A DNA stretch of 63,411 bases, counting the filler, from Octopus bimaculoides (taxonomy: Eukaryota), in the NCBI RefSeq assembly GCF_001194135.2. It is 6 parts of 5 records of this genome, joined end to end, with 100 filler letters (N's around TTAATTAATTAA, not from the genome) between each part and the next. Parts side by side here need not be neighbours in the genome. Positions count along the whole stretch, not along the records: positions 35,966 to 42,514 come from NC_068995.1; positions 42,615 to 59,231 come from NC_068995.1; 4 more parts are not named here. The stretch is one strand, 5' to 3'. A model generated the notes under the pieces. That model searched no databases. It was not told the DNA's origin and saw only the letters and a list, made by a program, of their open reading frames with translations. Of this stretch, positions 38,700 through 51,369 are shown one piece after another. Positions within the stretch are counted from its first letter, which is position 1. Every line of letters begins with the position of its first letter. The translations under genes and the position numbers were made by a program.

Positions 38700-39465
38700 G
38701 CTTCCTTACCAAAAACTACCAGGCTAACGTTCTTCAAAACGATTCTGCCTCTAAATGTAGATTTTGCGTTAAATTCGATGAAACAATAGGCCATCTCGTC
38801 TCGAGGTGTCCTGTATGCACAGCAAACGAATACAAAAATCGCCACAGTAGGGTAGGGCAGTATTTACATTGGAAAATATGTAAACACTACAAAATCAACA
38901 CACCTGCTTACTGGTATGAACATCATCCTGAGCCAGTCGTTGAAGGTAAAAATGTCATTATCCTCTGGGATTTTCTAGTCAACACGATTCAGGCTAATCG
39001 ACCAAACATAATCATTAAAGACGGAGAAAAAATACTTGTAGACTAATAGATGAAAGTGTTCCCACTGATAAAATATATCTGTGAAGGAATTTGACAAATT
39101 AAGTTAATTTAAAGACCTGGAAATTGAAATACAAAAGATGTGGCATCTTAAAGCGAGAACTGTTCCTGTTATTGTGGGTGTCCTAGTTATGATAAGAAAG
39201 GGATGTCAAAAGCATCTAGATAATATCCCAGGAGAACAATATCTCAGAGAAATCCAAAATACTGCCCATATCCTTAGCATAAGCCCTATCAATTTAAATG
39301 TATGAGTTCTATTACATGAAGATATTTCGCTAGTGCCCCTGCCACTTTCCACCCCCTAATCTTTCAGACATATAACATCTCTTATCCCTAACTCGTCCTA
39401 GGACGCTGGGTGTCTCTTGGCGTGTGATTGTAAAGAACATGCAGATTAAAAGTAAATAAAAATAA
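38700..39465 (+). mobile_element. R4/Dong-type LINE 3' fragment (second subfamily) with 3' UTR
   Basis: KCRFCVKFDETIGHLVSRC..RH..LHWKIC..WYEHHPEPV..LWDF..ANRPNIII; follows (AAC)n and ends in aataaaaataat(gat)n. Confidence 0.9.
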
Positions 39466-39498
39466 TGATGATGATGATGATGATGATGATAATACTAA

Positions 39499-40050
39499 AT
39501 GCCCTGATGCAGTATCAGGCAGTGGCTCTCATAGCTTCTGATCTTAACTGATTGGAAGTGTTATGTACATTCTTTTGTCTTTGTATAAAAGATAGGCTAA
39601 GCAAATATTCTGCTCAATACCAAAAATTTGCTTGTCAGTTGTTTGACCTTAACCAGTTGAGCATGTCTCTTAGTGACTGATGATATGTGCATCTCTGATC
39701 ACAAGCAGAAGTAGTTGGGGAGCATCATAGCCCTATGTTGACAGGAATTATTTGGGGTTTGGATAATTCACTTTTGAAAACGTGGGTGTTGTGTTCAACA
39801 TCCTTCAACAACCTTTATCCAGGGACCTTTTGTGCCTGATGGGCTACTCAACCTGAAGAAAATTCTAACTGGGCCCCACTTGCAAGGTCATGTGCTGTTA
39901 ATTTTGATATGAGATCGCTATGTCGCGCACATATGGTTGTGATGCACGTGCCTAGTGTACCCTTACCAGGCGGGTGGTCATGATGGGTATATTGGGCTCC
40001 ATAAATTTTTCCCCAGTATCACTTTGATGGCATGCATTGCTCTCTCACTC
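39499..40050 (+). mobile_element. Element D, second copy
   Basis: Aligns end to end with 28011-28553; lies between (GAT)n and (TAG)n. Confidence 0.85.
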
Positions 40051-40051
40051 A

Positions 40052-40243
<192 letters not shown>

Positions 40244-40593
40244 ATTGGCAATACGAAGACGATATTTCGACCGGAAACCTGTCTGTGTCGAGTTCAAAAT
40301 AAAAAGTGATAAACATTTAAAATTATAGAAATTCAAATCCACAATATGAACAAGAGCAACCAGCGTCCACACGTTGATGGAATGACATCATCAATCTCCA
40401 AAGTCCGAATATACAACTGGCAAAAAGAAAAACAAAGAAAAAAGAGAGAGAAAAAAGAAAAGAAAAGAAAAAAGGAAAAATTAAAAGAATATTTAATCAA
40501 AGTGTTTTGTATAAATTTGATGAAGTTCTCCTGTCATTTTATTCATTCCTCCAGGGCGTGAAGAAGAAGAAGAAGAAGAAGAAGAAGAAGAAG

Positions 40594-40638
<45 letters not shown>

Positions 40639-40727
40639 AATAATAATAATAAGAAGAAGAAGAAGAAGAAACTATAATAATAAGAAACTATAATAATAAG
40701 AAACTATAAGAAACTATAAGAAAAATA

Positions 40728-41560
40728 ATAAGAAACAACAAAAGCTATAAAACAAATGAAATCCAAACTAAAACTAGAACAGCAACGGACCATGATAAAA
40801 CGATGGCAAGAAAAGCCCCTACATGGTAAATACTGGGCTAAACTAAATGCAAAAGAAATAGACAGAGAAAAATCCCAGCAATGGTTGAGAAGCTCAGGAC
40901 TCAAAGCAGAGACTGAAGGATTTTTAATTGCTGCACAAAACCAAAGCCTCCCCACCAGAAATTACCAAAAAACATATAATGAAAAAAAAAACATAACACG
41001 TAACTGTAGAATATGTGGAGATGGACAAGAAACAATAAATCATATTATCTCTGGCTGCCCAGTCGTAGCTAAGAAGGAATATATTCACAGACACGACAGA
41101 GCTGGGACCTATATACACTGGAAGCTATGCCAACACTATGGAATAACAACAGAAAAAAGATGGTATAAACACACGCCAGAAAAGGTCACAGAAAACGAGA
41201 AAGCAACCATACTCTGGGATATGCCAATACACACAGATAGAGAAATTAAGGCAAATAGACCAGATATAGTTGTCANNNNNNNNNNACAATTCCTATCATA
41301 GTAGGTGCCTTAGGTATAATAAAAAAATATTCAGACAAATACATAACAAAAACACCAGGACTTACAAATATATATAACATACAGAAAATTGCACTACTGG
41401 GCACTGCACACATCCTACGCAAAACACTTTCAATACAGTAACCATAAGAGCATCACAGCAAACCACAGCACATACCCAAGGCACACAGAGCTGCGCTCGG
41501 TAGTGAAGTGAAAGCACGTTATAAAAATAAAACTACTGAACAATGATAATAATAATAATA
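40728..41560 (+). mobile_element. R4/Dong-type LINE 3' fragment (third subfamily) with 3' UTR and (AAT)n tail
   Basis: WQEKPLHGKY..ETEGFLIAAQNQ..CRICGDGQETINHIISGC..RHD..LWDMPIHTDREIKANRPDIV; 10-N gap at 41276-41285. Confidence 0.93.
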
Positions 41561-41772
41561 ATAATAATAATAGCAGAGCAAAACAAAAAAACTGTTTTCA
41601 GTATTTAAGGAGGCTGATAACTACAAACATGAAATCATACTACCTAATAAATATGAAGAAGAAGAAGAAGAAGAGGAAGAAAGAAAGAAAGAAAGAAAGA
41701 AAAAGAAGAAGAAGAAGAAGAAGAAGAAGAAGAAGAAGAAGAAGAAGAAGAAGAAGAAGAAGAAGAAGAAGA

Positions 41773-42514
41773 AGAAACAACAAAAGCTATAAATCAAATG
41801 AAATCCAAACTAAAACTAGAACAACAACGGACCATGATAAAACGATGGCAAGAAAAGCCCCTACATGGTAAATACTGGGCTAAACTAAATGCAAAAGAAA
41901 TAGACAGAGAAAAATCTCAGTAATGGTTGAGAAGCCCAGGACTCAAAACAGACTGAAGGATTTTTAATTGCTGCACAAGACCAAAGCCTCCCCACCAGAA
42001 ATTACCAAAAACATATAATGAAAAGAAACATAACAAGTAACTGCAGAATATGTGGCGATGGACAAGAAACTATGAATCATATTATCTCTGGCTGCCCAGT
42101 CCTGGCTAACAAGGAATATATTTACAGACACGACAGAGCTGGGACTTACATACACTGGAAGCTATGCCAACAGAAAATAACAACAGAGAAAAGATGGTAT
42201 AAACACACGCCAGAAAAGGTCACAGAAAACGAGAAAACAACCATACTCTGGGATATGCCAATACACACAGATAGAGAAATTAAGGCCAGATATAGTTGTC
42301 AAAGATCACGAAGGAAAAAATGCTTTCTAATTGATGTATCAATACCTGCAGATGACAACGTTTCCCTAAAAGAAATGGAGAAACTTTCAAAATACAAAGA
42401 CCTGGAAATAGAGGTAACTCGAATGTGGAATCTAAAAACAGAAACAATTCCTATCATAGTAGGTGCCTTAGGTATAATTAAAAAATATTCAGACAAATAC
42501 ATAACCAAAATACC
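41773..42514 (+). mobile_element. R4/Dong-type LINE 3' fragment, second copy of the third subfamily
   Basis: Same start point and highly similar to 40728 onward; LIDVSIPADDNVSLKEMEKLSKYKDL..IPIIVGALG endonuclease; runs into a gap. Confidence 0.93.
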
Positions 42515-43036
42515 NNNNNNNNNNNNNNNNNNNNNNNNNNNNNNNNNNNNNNNNNNNNTTAATTAATTAANNNNNNNNNNNNNNNNNNNNNNNNNNNNNN
42601 NNNNNNNNNNNNNNATATATATATGTATGTGTGTGTGCGTGTGTGTGTATGTGTGTGTATTGTGTGAATGTGTGTGCTTTTCATACAAGTGCATTCAAAT
42701 TTCATTGTACCTAAATATATCCAGAGAAATTTTTTAAATATTCAATCTCTATGTCCCTAAACACGAATTCGTGTTTCTTGCACACGTGATTTATATACAA
42801 ACTGTGATGTCATGCCAGTGGTTGACACAATTGCGACGTAATAATTATGATATATATAGTGGCTGAAATTAAAGATAAATCTGCAACGATAAGAACGTTA
42901 CTCAAATACCGTGAATGTAGTATATAATAAGATGCTTGTTTCTGATGATAACATATGTTGAATAAAATCATACTTAACTGATCCTCCTGTATTTTCTGTT
43001 ACCCAAGGCCAGCTGTTTTTCAGCACCCCTCACCCC

Positions 43037-43072
<36 letters not shown>

Positions 43073-43309
43073 NNNNNNNNNNNNNNNNNNNNNNNNNNNN
43101 NNNNNNNNNNNNNNNNNNNNNNNNNNNNNNNNNNNNNNNNNNNNNNNNNNNNNNNNNNNNNNNNNNNNNNNNNNNNNNNNNNNNNNNNNNNNNNNNNNNN
43201 NNNNNNNNNNNNNNNNNNNNNNNNNNNNNNNNNNNNNNNNNNNNNNNNNNNNNNNNNNNNNNNNNNNNNNNNNNNNNNNNNNNNNNNNNNNNNNNNNNNN
43301 NNNNNNATG

Positions 43310-43438
43310 ACCATGTTGAGAAGTAGGGATGTGATGCACAGAGGACCAGCTTCATTTTGATGTATAATACATGTTTCTGTGTTGGTAATTATACTTGTAC
43401 TAAACAAAATGGCATTACTTTTTGACTCATCCTCGTAT
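43310..43438. mobile_element. mariner-type terminal fragment or MITE end
   Basis: Minus strand begins TA-CGAGGATGAGTCAAAAAGTAATGCC, the same style of TIR as at 9550-9579; other end hidden by a gap. Confidence 0.5.
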
Positions 43439-43493
43439 ATGTGTGTGTGGTGTGTGTGTGTGTGTGCATGTGTGCGAGTGCGAGAGAGAGAGA

Positions 43494-43536
<43 letters not shown>

Positions 43537-43539
43537 GGT

Positions 43540-43810
43540 GCGTTGCTTAGTAGTTATGGTATTCGGCTCACGATCCTAGGGTCGTGGTTTCTCTTCAGGC
43601 CGTCGCGTTTTGCCCTTCAGCAAAACACTTTATTTTACGTTGCTTCAGTCCACTCAGCAGGCAAAAATGTGTAGTACCTGTATTTTAAAAAGCCACCAAG
43701 TTTGACACATTCTCTGTCACATTGAATCTCCCTAAGAATTTCTTTAAACTTACGCCACTTGCATGTTAATTTCACGAGGAAGCCGCTCTGTTGATCACTG
43801 ATTCGCATAA
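43540..43810 (+). mobile_element. tRNA-derived SINE, family C
   Basis: gcttagtagtta head; gcaaaacactttattttacgttgcttcagtccactcagc core, reverse complement of 905-970. Confidence 0.7.
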
Positions 43811-46741
43811 AAAAATTGGTTTGCGATGTAAGCATTCATGTATGTAAGTGCTGAGTTAATAGAATTTATGGATAGACGTTTTAATATGAACCTGTGCTTG
43901 TCTATATGTGAATTTACGTAAGTAAGCATATGTGTATATGGATTCATGCATATATGTATACATGAATATACAATTCTATGTATATATGTATGTCTATGAG
44001 TATACATATATCTCTGTGACCGCTCAGCCCCACGCAAAATGAACACTCATACACACATTGTTTGAAAAAGACGACTTTAATTAAAAGTATTAATTAAAAG
44101 CAGTACTTAAAATTACCATGCTGGAATATTGTATAAACAGATATGGATTTCCGTGAATTTGATTGTATGGAGGTTTTGATTTTTATAAGAATTTCACCAC
44201 GCGAACAACAAATGAAATCAGAAGCGTGCGCTTGAAATAGCCGTCCACGCATGTATTGTTCTCAAATGATTTATTTTTGTAATGAAAAGGAAGACAGGCA
44301 GTGAAGTTTCAAAAGAATACCATGCTCTATTTACCAGCTGTTGATAGGAACTGAGTAAAGCCGAGTACTGGACATCGGAGATTTTGTATTAAAGAATATT
44401 CTTCACTTATATTGTGTTCTGTAATTTATCGCTTCTGGTGAATCGATAAGGATTTTAATCTAAGGTTAAACATAGGGAATGTCACATCTATACATATATA
44501 CGTACATGTGTATGCCTGCATCTATGCGTATATTTTGTTGTATCTATGGAGAATCATTACACCAATATTACTAACACGCCCACTGGTTCAATTACACACC
44601 TTTATTATTAGTCAATTGTTTAAATATCGAACTAATTGTTTCTCTGTTTAACTTGGTTAAACAATTGATTAGGTAGTTGGGTATTTAACCACTTGTCTTA
44701 TAACAAAGGAGTCGCATTGAAACCTGTGCGTGTGTTATTAACATTAGCATAATGACTGCTCCTAGACAAAAAAAAAAAATTATTTCATTACACGAATTCA
44801 CATAAGGAGCCTTGCAAACCAGATACAAAACATAATTCTNNNNNNNNNNNNNNNNNNNNNNNNNNNNNNNNNNNNNNNNNNNNNNNNNNNNNNNNNNNNN
44901 NNNNNNNNNNNNNNNNNNNNNNNNNNNNNNNNNNNNNNNNNNNNNNNNNNNNNNNNNNNNNNNNNNNNNNNNNNNNNNNNNNNNNNNNNNNNNNNNNNNN
45001 NNNNNNNNNNNNNNNNNNNNNNNNNNNNNNNNNNNNNNNNNNNNNNNNNNNNNNNNNNNNNNNNNNNNNNNNNNNNNNNNNNNNNNNNNNNNNNNNNNNN
45101 NNNNNNNNNNNNNNNNNNNNNNNNNNNNNNNNNNNNNNNNNNNNNNNNNNNNNNNNNNNNNNNNNNNNNNNNNNNNNNNNNNNNNNNNNNNNNNNNNNNN
45201 NNNNNNNNNNNNNNNNNNNNNNNNNNNNNNNNNNNNNNNNNNNNNNNNNNNNNNNNNNNNNNNNNNNNNNNNNNNNNNNNNNNNNNNNNNNNNNNNNNNN
45301 NNNNNNNNNNNNNNNNNNNNNNNNNNNNNNNNNNNNNNNNNNNNNNNNNNNNNNNNNNNNNNNNNNNNNNNNNNNNNNNNNNNNNNNNNNNNNNNNNNNN
45401 NNNNNNNNNNNNNNNNNNNNNNNNNNNNNNNNNNNNNNNNNNNNNNNNNNNNNNNNNNNNNNNNNNNNNNNNNATATATATATATATATATATATATAAC
45501 GGTATCTGTGCGCACGCGTAAATTTGTATGTGTGCATGTATGTATACATCTATGTATACAATACTCAGTATTTTTGTTAATATATACTTGACAATTAAGA
45601 CAGGTGGTTTTGGTGAAGTGTATACTCTCCGTATCGTTAACAAGTACACAAGCAAAGCAGAATTATTAAATATGACTTTTAGATGTGTTATATGTTTTTG
45701 GGAAAGTTATATTAAAATGATCTGAAGCAATAATATCAATAAATAATTTTTTTTAAAATTCCGCTCTAAAATATTAATAAGGTAGACATTTTTACTGCTA
45801 TTCATCATGTAAGTGTGATTATTTAATGAATTTATAATTATTTCTAAAATCTTGCATATGAATCAGCTTCAAGGAATTTGACAAAAAGTAACATAAATAT
45901 AGCTTCCAAAACTAACGGTAACATTCGATTACAATATGTAATCTTATCTTCTATATTCATTAGTAATACATAAATGGAACTTCTAAGTTTACATACGAAT
46001 GGCTTATGAAGACGCTAAACAGAATTTCATTCTATATTGCCTACCACAAGCTACATAGAAAATTACGATACGAATAAAACTGAGGCTCACTGTATGATAA
46101 AAAAAAAACATTAAGATGATAACATAGTAATTATTCTCTCACACACACGCAAATACACACACTCTAGACTTCCCTGAGATTGGAAGTGAATTCAGAATAC
46201 ATGATTTAATTTATTGCCATAAGAGACTGGGATAGAATGTCTCCAGATATATACTTAATTTCTCCAGAAATTTGGTATGTTAACAAAAGTGTGATAACAT
46301 ACATTTCGCCGAGGTAGTCCCACGCCGCATTCTCTATATTTAATAACTTGGTGGTATGAATGGCCAAACTGGGATTGGTATTCCTTAAGGGTAAGTACTA
46401 TGTGGAAACTCTAAGAAAAGGTGATTTACTAAATGCCCTGAAACTGTTTACTTTAGTTATTTCGCCATAATCGTAGATAATGATTACTTAATCAATCGGT
46501 GTACCGCATTCAACACACGAAAAAGCACATACATTGAGATGGAGTTGAAAAAATCTCTAATTCAAAAATATTCAGATTGATCTTATGTATTAGCTTATGG
46601 ATATGGAAACTTGTTAACTAATGAACTATTGGGTGCAAGAACGAATATTGTGATGCATTAATAAAGCCTACGAATTTCCGTCCACAAGTTAGTATTCTTA
46701 TTAGACACACTCGCACACACGTACATACACGCACACACACG

Positions 46742-46804
<63 letters not shown>

Positions 46805-47014
46805 ACAAGCACAGGTGCACACAGTCATATATACGCCCGTGTGTGTATATAGATATATTTAAATTTATATATTTATACGGTTATGAGTTTGTATTGCAAG
46901 ATTCCTAATGTGATGAAACCATGTGTTGATGCACATATTGTTGTATTTCGAGATGCTCTTTTTAGCATTTGTTAAATAAACGCACGCACTATATATTCGT
47001 TCTTCACTTGTTTA

Positions 47015-47273
47015 TTACTGTTCGTATTTTAACTCTTGTCCATCGTCCAGAAATATTTCGTCATACATCTGTGACCTCTTCAGTGACATTGTCTGTCCTC
47101 GTGTGCGCTCCTGCACCACTTAGGTCATTCTGTTCTTGTATGATGAACAAAATAAACTAAGTGGAGCTGGGGCACACATAAGGGTGGAGAGTGTCGCTGA
47201 AGGAGTCATAGATGTGTGACGAAAGATTTCCGGGCAATGGATTCGAGTTAGAGTAATGAAGTAAGAACAGTAA
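47015..47273. repeat. ~260-bp imperfect palindrome, 9-nt loop
   Basis: Arms 47015-47135 and 47145-47273; the ORF track gives near-identical peptides on opposite strands (HRPEIFRHTSVT.. and HCPEIFRHTSMT..). Confidence 0.88.
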
Positions 47274-47623
47274 GAAACACGGGAAGAAAGAATATATAGT
47301 GCGTGTGAATATCTTGGAAAAAGATGGCTCTCCCGAAATAAAGCAATATACATTCCTATTTATGTTTATATGTGTATATTAACATAAATATATGTATTTT
47401 TCTATATAATCATGTATATATAAACATAAATATATGCATGTTTATATATAATCATGTATACATAAACCTACATATACGTACATGCACACACATACACACA
47501 CACACACACACACATACACACACGCACATACACACACACNNNNNNNNNNNNNNNNNNNNNNNNNNNNNNNNNNNNNNNNNNNNNNNNNNNNNNNNNNNNN
47601 NNNNNNNNNNNNNNNNNNNNNNN

Positions 47624-47707
<84 letters not shown>

Positions 47708-47864
47708 TTATAATATGTATATGTATAGTTATCATATAGTTTATATATAAATAAAAAGTATCATATGCAAATGTATATATGTAGGTATATACAGGCATAT
47801 GAGTTCAGTGTATTCCGAATTTAGCAACATGCTGCCATATTCAATTCGTTTGTGTAGGTTATTT

Positions 47865-48195
47865 CTTTATTCTTTTATTGGTTTCAGTCATTTGACTGCG
47901 TCCATAGTGGAGCACTGCCTTTAATCGAACCAATCAACTCCAGTAATTATTCTACCAGTCTCTTTTGCCAAGCTGGTAAGTTACGGGGACAAACCAACAT
48001 CGGCAGTCAAGTGGTTGTGAGGAGACAAACACAGACACATAAACACATATAGATACACGATTGGCTTTCAGTTTGCGTATGCTAAATCCACTGACAAAGC
48101 TGTCGTCGGCCCGTGGCTATAGTGCAAGTCATTTGCCTATGGCGCCACTCAATGGGACTGAACCCAGAATCATTTGGTTGGGAAGCAAGCTTCTT
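47865..48195 (-). mobile_element. Family B SINE, 3' part; its head continues at 49611-49637
   Basis: gtttcagtcatttgactgc tail to gggactgaacccagaatcatttggttgggaagcaagcttctt; accacacagccac resumes after the insertion. Confidence 0.85.
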
Positions 48196-49610
48196 TATTT
48201 CAATATTTTTGCCATAAAGGCATTACATAGAGGGAACATTGCAACACATGTAGGGACATGTAAGAATTAAAAATATATAAAAATGAAATATGATATTATG
48301 AATGATACATGAAAATGAACATGAAGAACAAATTAAAATTATGACAACATGCATGATAGTTGAAAATGAAAATATGAAGAGTGTGCTACTCACCCCACAC
48401 TGAGCAACATCATTCGGTGCCTCTGAGTCCTTATTTCCTTTTAGTCTCTGTTCCAGTTCCGCTATCACTCCATGACTGCACTCTCTCGTAAACTTTTTCA
48501 CCGGGTCAGGCTTCTTCTAAATTCTGAGGTAACTGCTCTTTTGTTTCCTTTTTTACTGTGGGAAATGCGGAGGGTGGGTGTGGTGTCTGTATGGGGAGGG
48601 TAGGTCTGTGTGGTCTTGGGTGGGAGGGATTTGGACTGCGGTACTACATCACAATCGGTGTTCTTTCTTTCTTTCTCTTCTTCCTTCTACTCTCTGTTAC
48701 TCTCCATTCTTTCTCCTTCCTTTCTTCCGTCTGTCTTTTCTTGCTCTCTTTTCTCTTCCGTCTCCACAACTGATTCCTCTGCTGTTGTCCTCTGAAGAGG
48801 GGAGTATGCTCTAATGTGGCCCTTTTGGCCACATTTAAAACAACATGGAACTCTCAGCACAATTTCTCCGAACGTCACCGTCTCAGCCAAACTCTCCAGT
48901 TGTCCCTCCCCCGCTAGTATGATTAGTTCTCGTGTTTTCCCATTCCACCCTACTTCTTCCATTTCTGTGGCTTGCAGGACAGCCACCTTCCCCTCGCTTC
49001 CAGCAAGGAGAGCCACCACCACCCAATCCACTTCTATATCAGGTGCAATTGCTTCTACACTTACCTTGGAAGTCTTTCTTCCAGGGTATGTGGGCAGAAA
49101 CACTACTTCCTCTATTTTCACCACCACACTCGCCAGCCTCCTCGCCTGCTTTACTGTCCTAAATTGGACGACCAATGTCCCATATCTCCTTCCTTTAGTT
49201 ATGTATGTTATTTCCTTTGACCGCCCCCTTAGCGCCTTTTCCATTTCAGTTTCTACCTGCTCGGCCTTTTTTTCGTTTTAACGAGAACACCTTATCGTTT
49301 TTCTCTCCATCCGCTCCATAATTCCTTTGGGGAGCCACAACTGCACGTCGCCGCCCACCTTCTGTACCATCTTCTCATACTTCTTCAGACCAACCAAGTC
49401 CAACTCCCTTCGCCTTATCTCCGTGATCTCAGCAAAACTCCTTGTCTTCTCCAACATACCGTCCATCTTTATGATCGCCCTTACCAGCTCCTCCTCTGCT
49501 GAAGACAATTCAGACCCGCTAAGGTCTGAATACATTTTCTAAGCAGCACGAGAAAAACCGTGCGACTCTCCACAAATTCACACAGCAACTGTTGGACAAC
49601 GCATGCGCGG
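48196..49610 (-). mobile_element. 1.4-kb ORF1-only L1/Tx1-like retroelement with 12-bp TSD
   Basis: AGCAAGCTTCTT at 48184-48195 and 49611-49622; ORF1 with CFKCGQKGH knuckle; no endonuclease or RT motif seen before the AT-rich 3' end. Confidence 0.8.
48687..49535 (-). pseudogene. ORF1-like nucleic-acid-binding protein with zinc knuckle, one premature stop
   Basis: ORFs 49278-49535 and 48687-49244 share a frame, separated by a single TAA at 49278-49280; knuckle CFKCGQKGHIRAYS lacks the last Cys. Confidence 0.75.
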
Positions 49611-50130
49611 AGCAAGCTTCTTACCACACAGCCACAGTTATTAAATATAGCAGCCTTTATTCAATGTGCAGTATTCAATTCAAGAAATTCATACGCTTGT
49701 TGTTATAGAGCTTCATATAAACAGGCATAAAAATAATCATTTAAGATCTAAATTAATTTCAAACTCTTGAAATATAATTTGATAATTTATTAAATTTATG
49801 CAATATCAGAGAAAAAGTTTTTCTTTTTTCAAATATCTGAATAATTCTCGAAACAGTAAATAATATTAAAAGATTAAGACATTAATTTATGTATATATGA
49901 TTGGCATTTCCGATTGGTATTATTGTGTATCACTGTGATCAAACATCATGTACTCATCGAATAGAGATACCACGAAACAAAGAGTGAGTACCAACTAGCA
50001 AGTGAGCTGCAGCTGTAAGCAGCCTCATCGTCGACACTCTTGTACAACACGTTGTACTTGGCATGGCTACATAGAGGGGCAGTTTAGTGTTTGTGTTGGG
50101 TGTGTGCTCTACAATAATTGCCGTACTCAC

Positions 50131-50178
50131 CGTCGAAGATGTTTTCTTCAATTTTTGGATAGAACAGTCCACATCGAC
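50131..50178 (-). CDS. Candidate 48-nt phase 1-1 exon
   Basis: ccttcgtcgactctccgttgtag acceptor, GTGAGTA donor, open frame (G)RCGLFYPKIEENIFD(G). Confidence 0.3.
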
Positions 50179-50340
50179 CTACAACGGAGAGTCGACGAAG
50201 GCGATGATGATGACTGCCATCAACTTACGACCATCGGAAAGAATATTAGTATTGATGTTGCGGCTGTAAATTTTGGATTGTATAGTATCAGTTTCTCTAC
50301 CCTGAACGTTTCCAATTTTAAGGCAAAGTAAATTGGTCTC

Positions 50341-50544
50341 TTTTACTCTTTTACTCTTTTACTTGTTTCAGCCATTTGAGTGTGGCCATGCTGGAGCTAA
50401 TCGACCCCAGGACTTATTCTTTGTAAGCCTAGTACTTATTCTATCGGGCTCTTTTGCCGAACCGCTAAGTTACGTAAACACACCAGCATTGGTTGTCAAG
50501 CGATATTGGTGGGGGGGGGGGCAAACACAAACATATACACGCAC

Positions 50545-50589
<45 letters not shown>

Positions 50590-50662
50590 NNNNNNNNNNN
50601 NNNNNNNNNNNNNNNNNNNNNNNNNNNNGGGGGGGGGGGCAAACACAAACATATACACGCAC

Positions 50663-50706
<44 letters not shown>

Positions 50707-50867
50707 TTATACGACGGGCTTCTTTGAGTTTCCGTCTACCAAATCCACTCACAAGGCTTTGGTCGGCCCGAGGAGATAGTAGAAGACACTTGTCCAATGT
50801 GCCACGCAGTGGGACTGAACCCAGAACCATGTGGTTCGTGACCATGCTACTTACTACACAGCCACCG
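50341..50867 (-). mobile_element. Family B SINE, young full-length copy with internal (TA)n and gap
   Basis: Complete head (gtggctgtgtag..gggttcagtcccactgcgtggc), body, G-run and tail; 50510-50589 is repeated after the gap. Confidence 0.9.
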
Positions 50868-51224
50868 CAAAAGTTTAATATATTATTTATTTTTGTGTGT
50901 TGCTTTTGCACTTATTTATCAGAAATGCTGTGTTATACGTGTTTGTGAATAAAGTTTGTACGTTATATATTAGCGAAGACATATCTATTTGTCTTAACAT
51001 TATGTTGAAATACCAAGCTGCAGTTCATTTCCTTATTTTGACATCACTATTTTCATCGTCTTTGGCAATCATTTTAATGAGAAATATATCGTAATGACTC
51101 TTGCGATTTCATTTGAAAATGTTTTGCTCGAGTATTCAATTCAATTTTAGATATGTCAGAATTTATTATGTTATTTTCTATCCTATCTGTTATGTTAAAA
51201 TATTTGATATTAATAATAGATTCC

Positions 51225-51345
51225 AGCGAGTTAACTTTACCTTTCATTATCTCTGGGTCGATAAAACAATAACCAGTTGAGCACTGGTGTCGCTGTAGCC
51301 GACTTTACCTCTCCCTTAGAATAGCTGGCATCGTGACAACATTTA
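51225..51345 (+). mobile_element. Family A SINE 3' fragment
   Basis: acctttcattatctctgggtcgataaaacaataaccagttgagcactgg. Confidence 0.65.
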
Positions 51346-51369
51346 AAAACGAGATTAGAAGTGCTGGGA

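Noticed and set aside
42759-42776. Perfect 18-bp palindrome aaacacgaattcgtgttt
   Set aside because: Isolated, with no second copy or context; may be chance.
45595-45640. IKTGGFGEVY resembling a kinase glycine-rich loop
   Set aside because: First Gly of GxGxxG is missing, no VAIK or later subdomains follow, and no splice context.
46314-46390. Trp-rich frame TWWYEWPNWDWYSLR before a GTAAGTA donor
   Set aside because: Weak acceptor, short frame, no partner exon or recognised homology.
50510-50700. Tandem duplication inside the SINE
   Set aside because: Identical sequence on both sides of a gap; probable assembly overlap.
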